From: Escherichia coli | GTDB taxonomy: Bacteria > Pseudomonadota > Gammaproteobacteria > Enterobacterales > Enterobacteriaceae | Strand: one strand, 5' to 3' | Assembly: GCF_001677475.2 (NCBI RefSeq) | Contig: NZ_CP015229.1 | Length of the DNA: 64,000 nucleotides | In this document: positions 47,191-60,863 of the stretch, piece after piece | Position numbering within the stretch: the stretch's first letter is position 1 | Layout of the letters: every line of letters begins with the position of its first letter | Notes under the pieces: generated by a model | The model's database searches: none | What the model was told of the DNA's origin: nothing | The model's input: the letters and a program-made list of their open reading frames with translations, nothing else | Translations under genes and position numbers: made by a program

Positions 47191-49389
47191 ATGTCGACTC
47201 CTGACAATCACGGCAAGAAAGCCCCTCAATTTGCTGCGTTCAAACCGCTAACCACGGTACAGAACGCCAACGACTGTTGCTGCGACGGCGCATGTTCCAG
47301 CACGCCAACTCTCTCTGAAAACGTCTCCGGCACCCGCTATAGCTGGAAAGTCAGCGGCATGGACTGCGCCGCCTGTGCGCGCAAGGTAGAAAATGCCGTG
47401 CGCCAGCTTGCAGGCGTGAATCAGGTGCAGGTACTGTTCGCCACCGAAAAACTGGTGGTTGATGCCGACAATGACATCCGTGCACAAGTTGAATCTGCGG
47501 TGCAAAGAGCAGGCTATTCCCTGCGCGATGAACAGGCTACCGACGAACCACAAGCATCACGCCTGAAAGAGAATCTGCCGCTGATTACGCTAATCGTGAT
47601 GATGGCAATCAGCTGGGGTCTGGAGCAGTTCAATCATCCGTTCGGTCAACTGGCGTTTATCGCGACCACGCTGGTTGGGCTGTACCCAATTGCTCGTCAG
47701 GCATTACGGCTGATCAAATCCGGCAGTTACTTCGCCATTGAAACCTTAATGAGCATAGCCGCTATTGGTGCGCTGTTTATTGGCGCAACGGCTGAAGCTG
47801 CGATGGTGTTGCTGCTGTTTTTGATTGGTGAACGACTGGAAGGCTGGGCCGCCAGCCGTGCGCGTCAGGGCGTTAGCGCGTTAATGGCGCTGAAACCGGA
47901 AACCGCCACGCGCCTGCGTAACGGTGAGCGTGAAGAGGTGGCGATTAACAGCCTGCGCCCTGGCGATGTGATTGAAGTCGCCGCAGGTGGACGTTTGCCT
48001 GCCGACGGTAAACTGCTCTCACCGTTTGCCAGTTTTGATGAAAGCGCCCTGACCGGCGAATCCATTCCGGTGGAGCGCGCGACGGGCGATAAAGTTCCTG
48101 CAGGAGCCACCAGCGTAGACCGTCTGGTAACGCTGGAAGTGCTGTCAGAACCGGGTGCCAGCGCCATTGACCGGATTCTGAAACTGATCGAAGAAGCCGA
48201 AGAGCGTCGCGCCCCCATTGAGCGGTTTATCGACCGTTTCAGCCGTATCTACACGCCCGCGATTATGGCCGTCGCCCTGCTGGTAACGCTGGTGCCGCCG
48301 CTGCTGTTTGCCGCCAGCTGGCAAGAGTGGATTTATAAAGGGCTGACGCTGCTGCTGATTGGTTGCCCGTGTGCGTTAGTTATCTCAACGCCTGCGGCGA
48401 TAACCTCCGGGCTGGCAGCAGCAGCGCGTCGTGGGGCGTTGATTAAAGGCGGTGCGGCGCTGGAACAACTAGGTCGTGTTACCCAAGTGGCGTTTGATAA
48501 AACCGGTACGCTGACCGTCGGTAAACCGCGCGTTACCGCGATTCATCCGGCAACGGGTATTAGTGAATCTGAACTGCTGACACTGGCGGCGGCGGTCGAG
48601 CAAGGCGCGACGCATCCACTGGCGCAAGCCATCGTACGCGAAGCACAGGTTGCTGAACTCGCCATTCCCACCGCCGAATCACAGCGGGCGCTGGTCGGGT
48701 CTGGCATTGAAGCGCAGGTTAACGGTGAGCGCGTGTTGATATGCGCTGCCGGGAAACATCCCGCTGATGCATTTGCTGGTTTGATTAATGAACTGGAAAG
48801 CGCCGGGCAAACAGTAGTGCTGGTAGTACGTAACGATGACGTGCTGGGTATCATTGCATTGCAGGATACTCTGCGCGCCGATGCTGCAACTGCCATCAGT
48901 GAACTGAACGCGCTGGGCGTCAAAGGGGTGATCCTCACCGGCGATAATCCACGCGCAGCGGCGGCAATTGCCGGGGAGTTGGGGCTGGAGTTTAAAGCGG
49001 GCCTGTTGCCGGAAGATAAAGTCAAAGCGGTGACCGAGCTGAATCAACATGCGCCGCTGGCGATGGTCGGTGACGGTATTAACGACGCGCCAGCGATGAA
49101 AGCCGCCGCTATTGGGATTGCAATGGGCAGTGGCACAGACGTGGCCCTGGAAACCGCCGACGCAGCATTAACCCATAACCACCTGCGCGGCCTGGTGCAA
49201 ATGATTGAACTGGCACGCGCCACTCACGCCAATATCCGCCAGAACATCACCATTGCGCTGGGGCTGAAAGGCGTTTTCCTCGTCACCACACTTTTAGGGA
49301 TGACCGGCCTGTGGCTGGCGGTGCTGGCAGATACGGGTGCGACGGTGCTGGTAACAGCGAATGCGTTAAGATTGTTGCGCAGGAGATAA
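47191..49389 (+). CDS. zntA: Zn(II)/Cd(II)/Pb(II)-translocating P-type ATPase ZntA
   Basis: 732-aa ORF; N-terminal metal-binding GMDCAAC, CPC motif, DKTGTLT phosphorylation site, GDGINDAP. Confidence 0.95.
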   Translation: MSTPDNHGKKAPQFAAFKPLTTVQNANDCCCDGACSSTPTLSENVSGTRYSWKVSGMDCAACARKVENAVRQLAGVNQVQVLFATEKLVVDADNDIRAQVESAVQRAGYSLRDEQATDEPQASRLKENLPLITLIVMMAISWGLEQFNHPFGQLAFIATTLVGLYPIARQALRLIKSGSYFAIETLMSIAAIGALFIGATAEAAMVLLLFLIGERLEGWAASRARQGVSALMALKPETATRLRNGEREEVAINSLRPGDVIEVAAGGRLPADGKLLSPFASFDESALTGESIPVERATGDKVPAGATSVDRLVTLEVLSEPGASAIDRILKLIEEAEERRAPIERFIDRFSRIYTPAIMAVALLVTLVPPLLFAASWQEWIYKGLTLLLIGCPCALVISTPAAITSGLAAAARRGALIKGGAALEQLGRVTQVAFDKTGTLTVGKPRVTAIHPATGISESELLTLAAAVEQGATHPLAQAIVREAQVAELAIPTAESQRALVGSGIEAQVNGERVLICAAGKHPADAFAGLINELESAGQTVVLVVRNDDVLGIIALQDTLRADAATAISELNALGVKGVILTGDNPRAAAAIAGELGLEFKAGLLPEDKVKAVTELNQHAPLAMVGDGINDAPAMKAAAIGIAMGSGTDVALETADAALTHNHLRGLVQMIELARATHANIRQNITIALGLKGVFLVTTLLGMTGLWLAVLADTGATVLVTANALRLLRRR

Positions 49390-49395
49390 GGCAAA

Positions 49396-49423
49396 CCGAT
49401 CGCAACATTGAGCGCGATCGGTC
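49396..49423 (+). terminator. Hairpin immediately downstream of zntA
   Basis: Perfect 9-bp stem accgatcgc/gcgatcggt with about 10-nt loop; no strong U-tract, so terminator function is uncertain. Confidence 0.35.
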
Positions 49424-49462
49424 CCCTCGCTCCTCTGGGGAGAGGGTTAGGGTGAGGGGAAA
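49421..49462. repeat. GC-rich ~42-bp interspersed palindromic repeat, copy 2 (inverted; between zntA and tusA)
   Basis: gtcccctcgctcctctggggagagggttagggtgagggga; reverse complement nearly identical to the copy at 39205-39245. Confidence 0.5.
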
Positions 49463-49490
49463 AGGCGGCATCGAAGCCAATCAGCCCCCA

Positions 49491-49736
49491 TCAACCGCCT
49501 TTGCGAATCAAATAACGATAAGGCAGTCCATCCGTCTCTTTAGCAACCAGTTCGTGTTCCATAAAGGTACAAAACCCAGGAATATCGCGGGTAGTGGCCG
49601 GATCGTCGGCGATAATCAGCAACGTTTCGCCAGGCTGCATATTGCGCACGGTTTTGCGCACCATCATCACCGGTTCCGGGCAGCGCAGGCCAAGCGCGTC
49701 GAGTGTGTGGTCAGGGCTGGAAAAGAGATCGGTCAT
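49491..49736 (-). CDS. tusA: Sulfur-carrier protein TusA
   Basis: 81-aa ORF with the CPxP active-site motif ([12 protein letters not shown]). Confidence 0.95.
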
Positions 49737-49957
49737 TTTCTTCTCATCACTTAAAAAAACGGCGCTAGTTTACGCCCTGTGAGTCCGTAAGCAAACCAGG
49801 TTAACGATTGCGTGAAAATTAACCATTGCATTGTCAACGTAAAGCAGTATCATGCGGCGGCTCGAAAAAAGGGTAAGAACGTTATTTAATCAAGGTAAAA
49901 TAGCGTGTCGTACGTATTGGGTTCCCTCACCCCAATGGTTAATCAAAAAGGTACAAT

Positions 49958-50623
49958 ATGAACGTTTTCTCGCAAACTCAACGCTATAAGGCGTTGTTCT
50001 GGTTATCGTTATTTCATCTTCTGGTGATCACCTCCAGTAACTATCTGGTTCAGCTTCCGGTCTCCATTTTTGGTTTTCATACCACCTGGGGCGCGTTTAG
50101 CTTTCCGTTTATCTTTCTCGCTACTGACCTGACCGTGCGTATTTTTGGCGCGCCGCTGGCTCGTCGTATCATTTTTGCGGTAATGATCCCCGCATTGCTG
50201 ATCTCCTACGTCATCTCATCGCTGTTTTATATGGGGTCATGGCAGGGATTCGGCGCACTCGCCCACTTCAACCTGTTTGTCGCCCGTATCGCCACCGCCA
50301 GTTTCATGGCCTACGCGCTGGGGCAAATCCTCGACGTGCACGTTTTTAACCGCCTGCGTCAGAGTCGTCGCTGGTGGCTGGCACCGACGGCTTCCACCCT
50401 GTTTGGTAACGTCAGCGACACGCTGGCCTTCTTCTTCATAGCCTTCTGGCGTAGCCCGGATGCCTTTATGGCTGAACACTGGATGGAAATCGCGCTGGTC
50501 GATTACTGTTTCAAAGTGTTAATCAGTATCGTTTTCTTCCTGCCAATGTATGGCGTATTACTCAATATGCTGTTGAAAAGACTGGCAGATAAATCCGAAA
50601 TCAACGCTTTGCAGGCGAGTTAA
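49958..50623 (+). CDS. yhhQ: Queuosine-precursor transporter YhhQ
   Basis: 221-aa polytopic ORF. Confidence 0.85.
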   Translation: MNVFSQTQRYKALFWLSLFHLLVITSSNYLVQLPVSIFGFHTTWGAFSFPFIFLATDLTVRIFGAPLARRIIFAVMIPALLISYVISSLFYMGSWQGFGALAHFNLFVARIATASFMAYALGQILDVHVFNRLRQSRRWWLAPTASTLFGNVSDTLAFFFIAFWRSPDAFMAEHWMEIALVDYCFKVLISIVFFLPMYGVLLNMLLKRLADKSEINALQAS

Positions 50624-50695
50624 AGGTTCGTTATCAGAGTTGTGATAAGATGGATGAATGAGCCGTTATGGCCGTTTATCGAAAGGAAGAAGTCA

Positions 50696-51253
50696 ATGCG
50701 CAATCTGGTTAAATATGTCGGAATTGGCCTGCTGGTTATGGGGCTTGCGGCCTGTGATGATAAAGACACTAACGCTACGGCGCAGGGTTCGGTCGCGGAA
50801 AGTAACGCTACCGGGAATCCCGTCAACCTGCTTGATGGCAAGTTAAGTTTCTCGCTGCCAGCGGATATGACCGACCAGAGCGGTAAGCTGGGAACGCAGG
50901 CCAATAACATGCATGTCTGGTCCGACGCCACCGGGCAGAAAGCAGTCATCGTCATCATGGGCGATGATCCGAAAGAAGATCTGGCGGTGCTGGCGAAGCG
51001 TCTGGAAGATCAGCAACGTAGCCGCGATCCGCAGCTGCAAGTGGTAACCAATAAAGCCATTGAGCTGAAAGGTCACAAAATGCAGCAGTTAGACAGCATT
51101 ATCTCCGCGAAAGGCCAGACGGCGTACTCTTCCGTTATTCTGGGTAACGTGGGTAATCAACTGCTGACCATGCAAATTACGCTGCCCGCTGACGATCAGC
51201 AAAAAGCGCAGACCACCGCAGAAAACATCATTAATACGCTGGTTATTCAGTAA
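50696..51253 (+). CDS. dcrB: Periplasmic lipoprotein DcrB
   Basis: Conserved product starts at internal Met ([20 protein letters not shown], lipobox LAAC); 185 aa. Confidence 0.85.
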
Positions 51254-51256
51254 GTT

Positions 51257-52474
51257 TTAAGATGATGAGGCGGCCTCAGGGACGTGTTCCGGAGGCCGTT
51301 TTTTTAATCGCCACGTCAGTAATAACGCGATTGCGACCAGTCCCGCCGCCGCCAGATAAATCACCGGTACGCCCGCCCAGCTCATCACCAGCCCAGCCAG
51401 TGGTCCGGTCACGCCAAGCGATAAATCCATAAATACGGTGTAGGTTGCCAGCGCCGCCCCCTGATTTTGCTGTGGAACCGCTTTTACCGCCACTACGCCC
51501 AATGCCGGGAACACCAGCGAAAACCCTGCCCCCGCCAGTAAGACGCCGATTTTCGCCATCCACGGCATAGTCGCCACGCCAACCAGTAGCAGGCCGATTA
51601 TCTCAACGCTAAAGCAAATCATCGCCACGTTTAAGCCGCCGATACGGTTAATGCCGTTAGGGAATAACAAACGCGTACCGACAAACGCACAGCTAAACAG
51701 CGTCAGCGCGAAAGCCGCACCGTCCCAACCTTTAGCGTCATAAAACAGCGTGATAAAAGTGGCGATAACGCCAAATCCGGCGGAAGCCAGTGCCAGCGCC
51801 ATACCGTACAGCCAGACGCGCCCAAGCACCGCGCGAAACGGCAGCGGTTTGCCTTTACTGGCTTTTACCGTCGGACGCGGGATCGCCAACAAAATGGCCA
51901 CCAGCGCCACGCCCATAATGATTAACGCTAACGCCTGCAAGCCGCCCCAGTGATAAAACACGACACCTAACGGCGCACCCATCGCCATCGCCCCGTAAGT
52001 GACAATGCCGTTCCACGAAATCACCCGCCCGATATGCAGCGAGCCAACCACGCCAACGCCCCACAGGGTCGATCCCGTTCCGGCAAAACTTTGCCCAATC
52101 CCAAGGATGACGCGTCCCAGGCAAAGTAATAACAGGCTGATGACGGGCAGACTGGCGGTTAATCCTGCCGTCAGATATCCCAGACCGCTCAAAAAGCAGC
52201 CGCATAAACCGAAGACGACAATCTTTTTGGGTCCCAGCAAATCGGCGTAACGTCCGGCATGAGGGCGGCTCAGCAAGGTGGCGAAATATTGCAGGCTGAT
52301 AACCAATCCTGCCCAAAAAGCGCTAAAGCCCATCACATCATGGACATAGCCCGGTAATACAGCGAGCGGCAACCCGATGGTGAGGTAGCTGGCGAAGTTA
52401 AACATGACAATGGAGACAATGCGCAAATTCAGGCGCAATCCGTTTAGCGCGGGTTCGGCTACGGGTTCGGGCAT
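51257..52474 (-). CDS. yhhS: MFS transporter YhhS
   Basis: Track ORF 419 aa; conserved start MPEPVAEPALNGLRL gives 405 aa; 12-TM MFS-like hydropathy. Confidence 0.85.
   Translation of the reverse strand: MPEPVAEPALNGLRLNLRIVSIVMFNFASYLTIGLPLAVLPGYVHDVMGFSAFWAGLVISLQYFATLLSRPHAGRYADLLGPKKIVVFGLCGCFLSGLGYLTAGLTASLPVISLLLLCLGRVILGIGQSFAGTGSTLWGVGVVGSLHIGRVISWNGIVTYGAMAMGAPLGVVFYHWGGLQALALIIMGVALVAILLAIPRPTVKASKGKPLPFRAVLGRVWLYGMALALASAGFGVIATFITLFYDAKGWDGAAFALTLFSCAFVGTRLLFPNGINRIGGLNVAMICFSVEIIGLLLVGVATMPWMAKIGVLLAGAGFSLVFPALGVVAVKAVPQQNQGAALATYTVFMDLSLGVTGPLAGLVMSWAGVPVIYLAAAGLVAIALLLTWRLKKRPPEHVPEAASSS
51271..51305 (+). terminator. Rho-independent terminator of dcrB, lying inside the 3' end of convergent yhhS
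   Basis: Stem cggcctc/gaggccg with 14-nt loop followed by a run of 7 T. Confidence 0.45.
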
Positions 52475-52605
52475 GAGGATCACCACATTTTTACAACAGT
52501 GTTTCATTTTTACCATGTGCTGACGTGAAAATCAGCAGTAAGAATCAGAATATTGCTGGCGTGACTCCCGCTACACTTAATACAAAAAGTCACAAGGAAG
52601 CCCCA

Positions 52606-53655
52606 ATGGAAACCCTTCAACCGGATAAAACAGGAATGCATATTCTGCTCAAGCTGGCCTCGCTGGTAGTGATTCTCGCCGGCATTCACGCAGCGGCAGA
52701 TATAATTGTGCAACTGTTACTGGCGCTCTTTTTCGCCATTGTCCTCAATCCGCTGGTCACCTGGTTTATTCGTCGTGGAGTACAACGCCCCGTTGCCATT
52801 ACCATTGTGGTGGTGGTGATGCTGATAGCACTTACTGCGCTGGTCGGCGTACTGGCGGCATCGTTTAACGAATTTATCTCTATGCTGCCGAAGTTTAATA
52901 AGGAGCTGACGCGCAAACTTTTTAAATTGCAGGAGATGTTGCCTTTTCTTAATTTGCATATGTCGCCGGAGCGAATGCTGCAGCGGATGGACTCGGAAAA
53001 AGTGGTTACCTTCACCACGGCGCTAATGACCGGGCTTTCCGGGGCAATGGCGAGCGTGCTTTTGCTGGTGATGACCGTAGTTTTTATGCTGTTTGAAGTG
53101 CGCCACGTCCCTTACAAAATGCGTTTTGCGCTGAATAACCCACAGATTCACATCGCAGGATTACACCGCGCACTTAAAGGCGTTTCGCATTATCTGGCGT
53201 TAAAGACGCTACTCAGTTTATGGACAGGTGTCATCGTCTGGCTGGGGCTGGAGCTGATGGGGGTGCAGTTTGCGCTGATGTGGGCAGTACTGGCGTTTTT
53301 GCTCAACTACGTGCCCAATATCGGCGCGGTAATTTCCGCCGTACCGCCAATGGTTCAGGTGCTGCTTTTTAATGGCGTTTACGAATGTATTCTGGTCGGC
53401 GCATTGTTTTTAGTGGTCCATATGGTCATCGGCAATATTTTAGAACCACGGATGATGGGCCATCGCCTGGGGATGTCCACCATGGTGGTATTTCTTTCAT
53501 TGTTAATTTGGGGATGGCTGCTCGGCCCGGTAGGGATGCTACTTTCGGTGCCATTAACCAGCGTGTGTAAAATCTGGATGGAAACCACCAAAGGCGGTAG
53601 CAAACTGGCGATTTTACTGGGACCAGGCAGACCGAAAAGTCGGTTACCGGGATGA
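52606..53655 (+). CDS. yhhT: AI-2E (PerM/YhhT) family transporter
   Basis: Conserved product starts at internal Met (METLQPDKTGMHILL...); 349 aa; polytopic. Confidence 0.85.
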   Translation: METLQPDKTGMHILLKLASLVVILAGIHAAADIIVQLLLALFFAIVLNPLVTWFIRRGVQRPVAITIVVVVMLIALTALVGVLAASFNEFISMLPKFNKELTRKLFKLQEMLPFLNLHMSPERMLQRMDSEKVVTFTTALMTGLSGAMASVLLLVMTVVFMLFEVRHVPYKMRFALNNPQIHIAGLHRALKGVSHYLALKTLLSLWTGVIVWLGLELMGVQFALMWAVLAFLLNYVPNIGAVISAVPPMVQVLLFNGVYECILVGALFLVVHMVIGNILEPRMMGHRLGMSTMVVFLSLLIWGWLLGPVGMLLSVPLTSVCKIWMETTKGGSKLAILLGPGRPKSRLPG

Positions 53656-53709
53656 GGCGACAAGTGATACGATACGCACTTTCATTTTCCATTATACGTT
53701 GGCCCTGAT

Positions 53710-54297
53710 ATGTATCGGATAGTTCTGGGGAAAGTTTCGACCTTAAGCGCAGCTCCACTGCCACCAGGTTTACGCGAGCAAGCCCCGCAAGGTCCACGAC
53801 GCGAACGCTGGCTGGCGGGGCGTGCATTACTTTCGCACACGCTTTCCCCGCTACCGGAGATCATCTATGGCGAACAAGGCAAACCGGCATTCGCGCCGGA
53901 AACGCCGCTATGGTTCAACTTAAGCCATAGCGGTGACGATATCGCCCTGCTGTTGAGCGATGAAGGCGAAGTCGGCTGCGATATCGAAGTGATTCGCCCG
54001 CGCGCCAACTGGCGCTGGCTGGCGAACGCCGTGTTCAGCCTCGGGGAACACGCTGAGATGGACGCCGTGCATCCCGATCAGCAACTAGAAATGTTCTGGC
54101 GCATCTGGACGCGCAAAGAAGCCATCGTTAAACAACGTGGCGGCAGCGCCTGGCAAATCGTCAGCGTAGACAGCACCTATCACTCATCACTGTCGGTCAG
54201 CCATTGCCAGCTTGATAATTTAAGCCTGGCGATCTGCACTCCCACCCCCTTTACGCTCTCCGCCGACAGTGTGCAATGGATCGATTCAGTTAACTGA
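53710..54297 (+). CDS. acpT: 4'-phosphopantetheinyl transferase AcpT
   Basis: 195-aa ORF; Sfp-type PPTase motifs (FNLSHSGDD, WTRKEAIVK). Confidence 0.85.
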   Translation: MYRIVLGKVSTLSAAPLPPGLREQAPQGPRRERWLAGRALLSHTLSPLPEIIYGEQGKPAFAPETPLWFNLSHSGDDIALLLSDEGEVGCDIEVIRPRANWRWLANAVFSLGEHAEMDAVHPDQQLEMFWRIWTRKEAIVKQRGGSAWQIVSVDSTYHSSLSVSHCQLDNLSLAICTPTPFTLSADSVQWIDSVN

Positions 54298-54342
54298 TCC
54301 GCCCACCCGACTGCCCATCTATTGATCCAGAACAGGTAATCA

Positions 54343-54370
54343 GTATGACGAATACTTAAAATCGTCATAC
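54343..54370 (+). promoter_or_regulatory. NikR operator in the nikA promoter
   Basis: Perfect GTATGA-N16-TCATAC dyad about 40 nt upstream of the nikA start. Confidence 0.75.
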
Positions 54371-54407
54371 TTATTTCCGCCATCTATTTTAATCCATTGG
54401 GGTTACC

Positions 54408-55982
54408 ATGCTCTCCACACTCCGCCGCACTCTATTTGCGCTGCTGGCTTGTGCGTCTTTTATCGTCCATGCCGCTGCACCAGATGAAATCACCACCGCC
54501 TGGCCGGTGAATGTCGGGCCACTAAACCCGCACCTTTACACGCCTAACCAGATGTTCGCCCAGAGCATGGTTTATGAACCGCTGGTGAAATATCAGGCAG
54601 ACGGTTCGGTGATCCCGTGGCTGGCAAAAAGCTGGACTCATTCAGAAGATGGTAAAACCTGGACCTTCACCCTGCGTGATGACGTGAAATTCTCCAACGG
54701 CGAACCGTTTGATGCAGAGGCGGCGGCAGAAAACTTCCGTGCAGTGCTTGATAACCGTCAACGTCACGCCTGGCTGGAGCTGGCAAACCAGATTGTTGAT
54801 GTCAAAGCACTCAGCAAAAACGAGCTGCAAATCACCCTGAAAAGCGCCTACTATCCTTTCCTGCAAGAACTGGCCCTGCCCCGTCCTTTCCGTTTTATCG
54901 CACCCTCGCAGTTTAAAAACCACGAAACCATGAACGGAATTAAAGCGCCAATTGGCACCGGGCCGTGGGTTTTGCAGGAATCGAAACTGAATCAGTACGA
55001 TGTCTTTGTCCGTAACGAAAACTACTGGGGCGAGAAGCCGGCGATTAAGAAGATCACTTTTAACGTCATCCCGGACCCGACTACCCGCGCGGTGGCGTTT
55101 GAAACTGGCGATATCGACCTGCTGTACGGAAACGAAGGGTTATTACCGCTCGATACCTTCGCCCGCTTTAGCCAGAACCCGGCTTACCACACCCAACTGT
55201 CACAGCCGATCGAAACCGTGATGCTGGCGCTCAATACCGCCAAAGCCCCCACCAACGAGCTGGCCGTACGTGAAGCTCTTAATTACGCGGTAAACAAAAA
55301 ATCGCTGATTGATAACGCGTTGTATGGCACCCAGCAGGTCGCCGACACCCTGTTTGCCCCTTCTGTGCCCTACGCCAACCTCGGCCTGAAACCGCGCCAG
55401 TACGATCCGCAAAAAGCGAAAGCGTTGCTGGAAAAAGCCGGTTGGACGCTGCCTGCGGGCAAAGACATCCGCGAGAAAAATGGTCAGCCGCTGCGCATTG
55501 AACTTTCGTTCATCGGCACCGATGCGTTAAGCAAATCGATGGCGGAAATCATTCAGGCTGATATGCGCCAGATTGGCGCAGATGTCTCACTGATTGGCGA
55601 AGAAGAGAGCAGTATCTATGCTCGTCAGCGCGACGGTCGTTTTGGCATGATTTTTCATCGCACCTGGGGCGCGCCATACGATCCACACGCCTTCCTGAGT
55701 TCAATGCGCGTACCGTCGCACGCTGATTTCCAGGCACAGCAAGGATTAGCCGACAAGCCGCTGATTGATAAAGAGATCGGCGAAGTGCTGGCGACCCATG
55801 ACGAAACGCAACGTCAGGCGCTGTATCGCGACATTCTGACCCGTCTGCATGACGAGGCGGTTTATCTGCCTATCAGTTACATCTCAATGATGGTGGTATC
55901 AAAACCGGAGCTGGGTAACATCCCCTACGCGCCGATCGCCACCGAAATTCCGTTCGAACAGATTAAACCGGTGAAACCTTAA
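54408..55982 (+). CDS. nikA: Periplasmic nickel-binding protein NikA
   Basis: 524-aa ORF with signal peptide; family-5 solute-binding protein heading nikABCDE. Confidence 0.95.
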
Positions 55983-56922
55983 TGTTGCGTTACGTATTAC
56001 GCCGCTTTCTGCTGCTGATCCCGATGGTGCTCGCCGCCTCGGTGATCATTTTTCTGATGCTGCGCCTCGGCACCGGCGACCCGGCGCTCGATTATTTGCG
56101 TCTGTCTAACCTGCCGCCGACGCCGGAGATGCTGGCCTCTACCCGCACCATGCTGGGACTGGATCAGCCGCTGTACGTCCAGTACGGCACCTGGTTGTGG
56201 AAGGCGCTGCATCTTGACTTTGGTATCTCATTCGCCAGCCAACGCCCGGTGCTCGACGATATGCTGAACTTCCTGCCCGCTACGCTGGAACTTGCAGGTG
56301 CCGCGCTGGTGTTAATTCTGCTCACTTCCGTGCCGCTCGGCATCTGGGCGGCGCGCCATCGCGATCGTCTGCCGGATTTCGCCGTACGTTTCATCGCGTT
56401 TCTCGGCGTGTCGATGCCCAACTTCTGGCTGGCGTTTTTGCTGGTGATGGCGTTTTCGGTATATCTGCAATGGCTACCCGCGATGGGCTACGGCGGCTGG
56501 CAGCACATCATTCTGCCTGCGGTTTCCATTGCCTTTATGTCGCTGGCGATTAACGCGCGACTGCTGCGCGCCAGTATGCTGGACGTCGCAGGTCAGCGTC
56601 ACGTCACCTGGGCGCGGCTACGCGGCCTGAACGACAAACAGACCGAACGCCGCCATATTCTGCGTAATGCCTCGCTGCCGATGATCACCGCCGTGGGGAT
56701 GCACATCGGCGAACTGATTGGCGGGACGATGATTATCGAAAACATCTTTGCCTGGCCGGGCGTCGGGCGCTATGCGGTGTCGGCGATTTTTAACCGTGAC
56801 TATCCGGTGATCCAGTGCTTTACGCTGATGATGGTGGTGGTTTTTGTGGTCTGTAATTTGATTGTCGATTTGCTAAACGCCGCGCTGGACCCGCGCATTC
56901 GTCGTCATGAAGGAGCGCACGC

Positions 56923-56926
<4 letters not shown>
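55982..56926 (+). CDS. nikB: Nickel ABC transporter permease NikB
   Basis: 314-aa polytopic ORF; DppB-like. Confidence 0.95.
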
Positions 56927-59730
<2,804 letters not shown>

Positions 59731-59738
59731 CCCCGTAA

Positions 59739-60863
59739 TCACGCCATTGTCCCAATCGTCTTCCTGAATCGCAGCAGTGCGATGGTGAAAAATGCGCCGC
59801 CAATTGCCATCAGCGTCAGGAACTGCGGCCAGACGATTTCGAATCCGGCACCACGGTAGAGAATGGCCTGCGCGAGGCTAACAAAGTGTGTCGTCGGCAT
59901 GGTCAGCATAATGTCCTGCACCATCTGCGGCATACTTTCGCGCGGCGTGGATCCACCGGAAAGCATTTGCAGCGGCAGCAGCACCAGAATCACCAGCAGC
60001 CCCAGTTGCGGCATTGAACGCGCGATCGTCCCCATAAAAATGCCGATTGACGTGGTGGCAAACAGACTGAGCGCCACGCCCAGCATAAACAGCGGGATCG
60101 AGCCTTCAATCGGTACACCCAGTACGCCTTTCACCATCAGCACCAGCGATAATCCCGACACCACCAGCACCACCAGCCCCATCGACCAGACCTTCGCCAT
60201 CATGATCTCAAACGGCGTTATCGGCATCACCAGTAAGTGTTCCACCGTGCCGTGTTCACGCTCGCGGATCAGCGCCGATCCGGTCAATACAATCGCCAGC
60301 ATGGTAATGTTGTTGATGATCGCCATCACCCCGCCAAACCACGCGGGATCAAGGTTCGGGTTAAAGCGCATCCGGGTTTCCAGCGATACCAACGGTTCGC
60401 TGTTATCACGGTAGCGCGCGACAAAGCTGTTCACTTCACCGTTGATAATATTCTGGATATACCCATTGCCGGTAAATGCCTGGCTCATGCGCGTGGCATC
60501 GACGTTCACCTGAATATCTGGCTGGCGTCCGGCGAGGACATCACGCTGAAAATTAGGCGGAATATTTATCGCAAAGGTATAGCGTCCGGCGTCCAGTCCG
60601 GCATCCATCTCATCGGCGGTGATCATCTCCGGTGGCAAAAACCACGGGCGATAGAAGCTGTTAACAATCCGGTTCGATAACTGCGATTGATCCATATCGG
60701 CAATGGCGATCGGCGCGAGGTTCAACGATCCTGGCGTAACGGTCGCTGACGAATACACCGACACCGTAAACGAGAAGACAATCAGCGTCAGCATCGCTTT
60801 ATCACCGAGCAAACTGCGCAACTCTTTGATACCCAGATTAAAAATATTGCGTAAATGGCGCAT
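59739..60863 (-). CDS. yhhJ: ABC-2-family permease YhhJ
   Basis: Conserved product starts at internal Met ([19 protein letters not shown]); polytopic; start overlaps the rbbA stop. Confidence 0.85.
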   Translation of the reverse strand: MRHLRNIFNLGIKELRSLLGDKAMLTLIVFSFTVSVYSSATVTPGSLNLAPIAIADMDQSQLSNRIVNSFYRPWFLPPEMITADEMDAGLDAGRYTFAINIPPNFQRDVLAGRQPDIQVNVDATRMSQAFTGNGYIQNIINGEVNSFVARYRDNSEPLVSLETRMRFNPNLDPAWFGGVMAIINNITMLAIVLTGSALIREREHGTVEHLLVMPITPFEIMMAKVWSMGLVVLVVSGLSLVLMVKGVLGVPIEGSIPLFMLGVALSLFATTSIGIFMGTIARSMPQLGLLVILVLLPLQMLSGGSTPRESMPQMVQDIMLTMPTTHFVSLAQAILYRGAGFEIVWPQFLTLMAIGGAFFTIALLRFRKTIGTMA

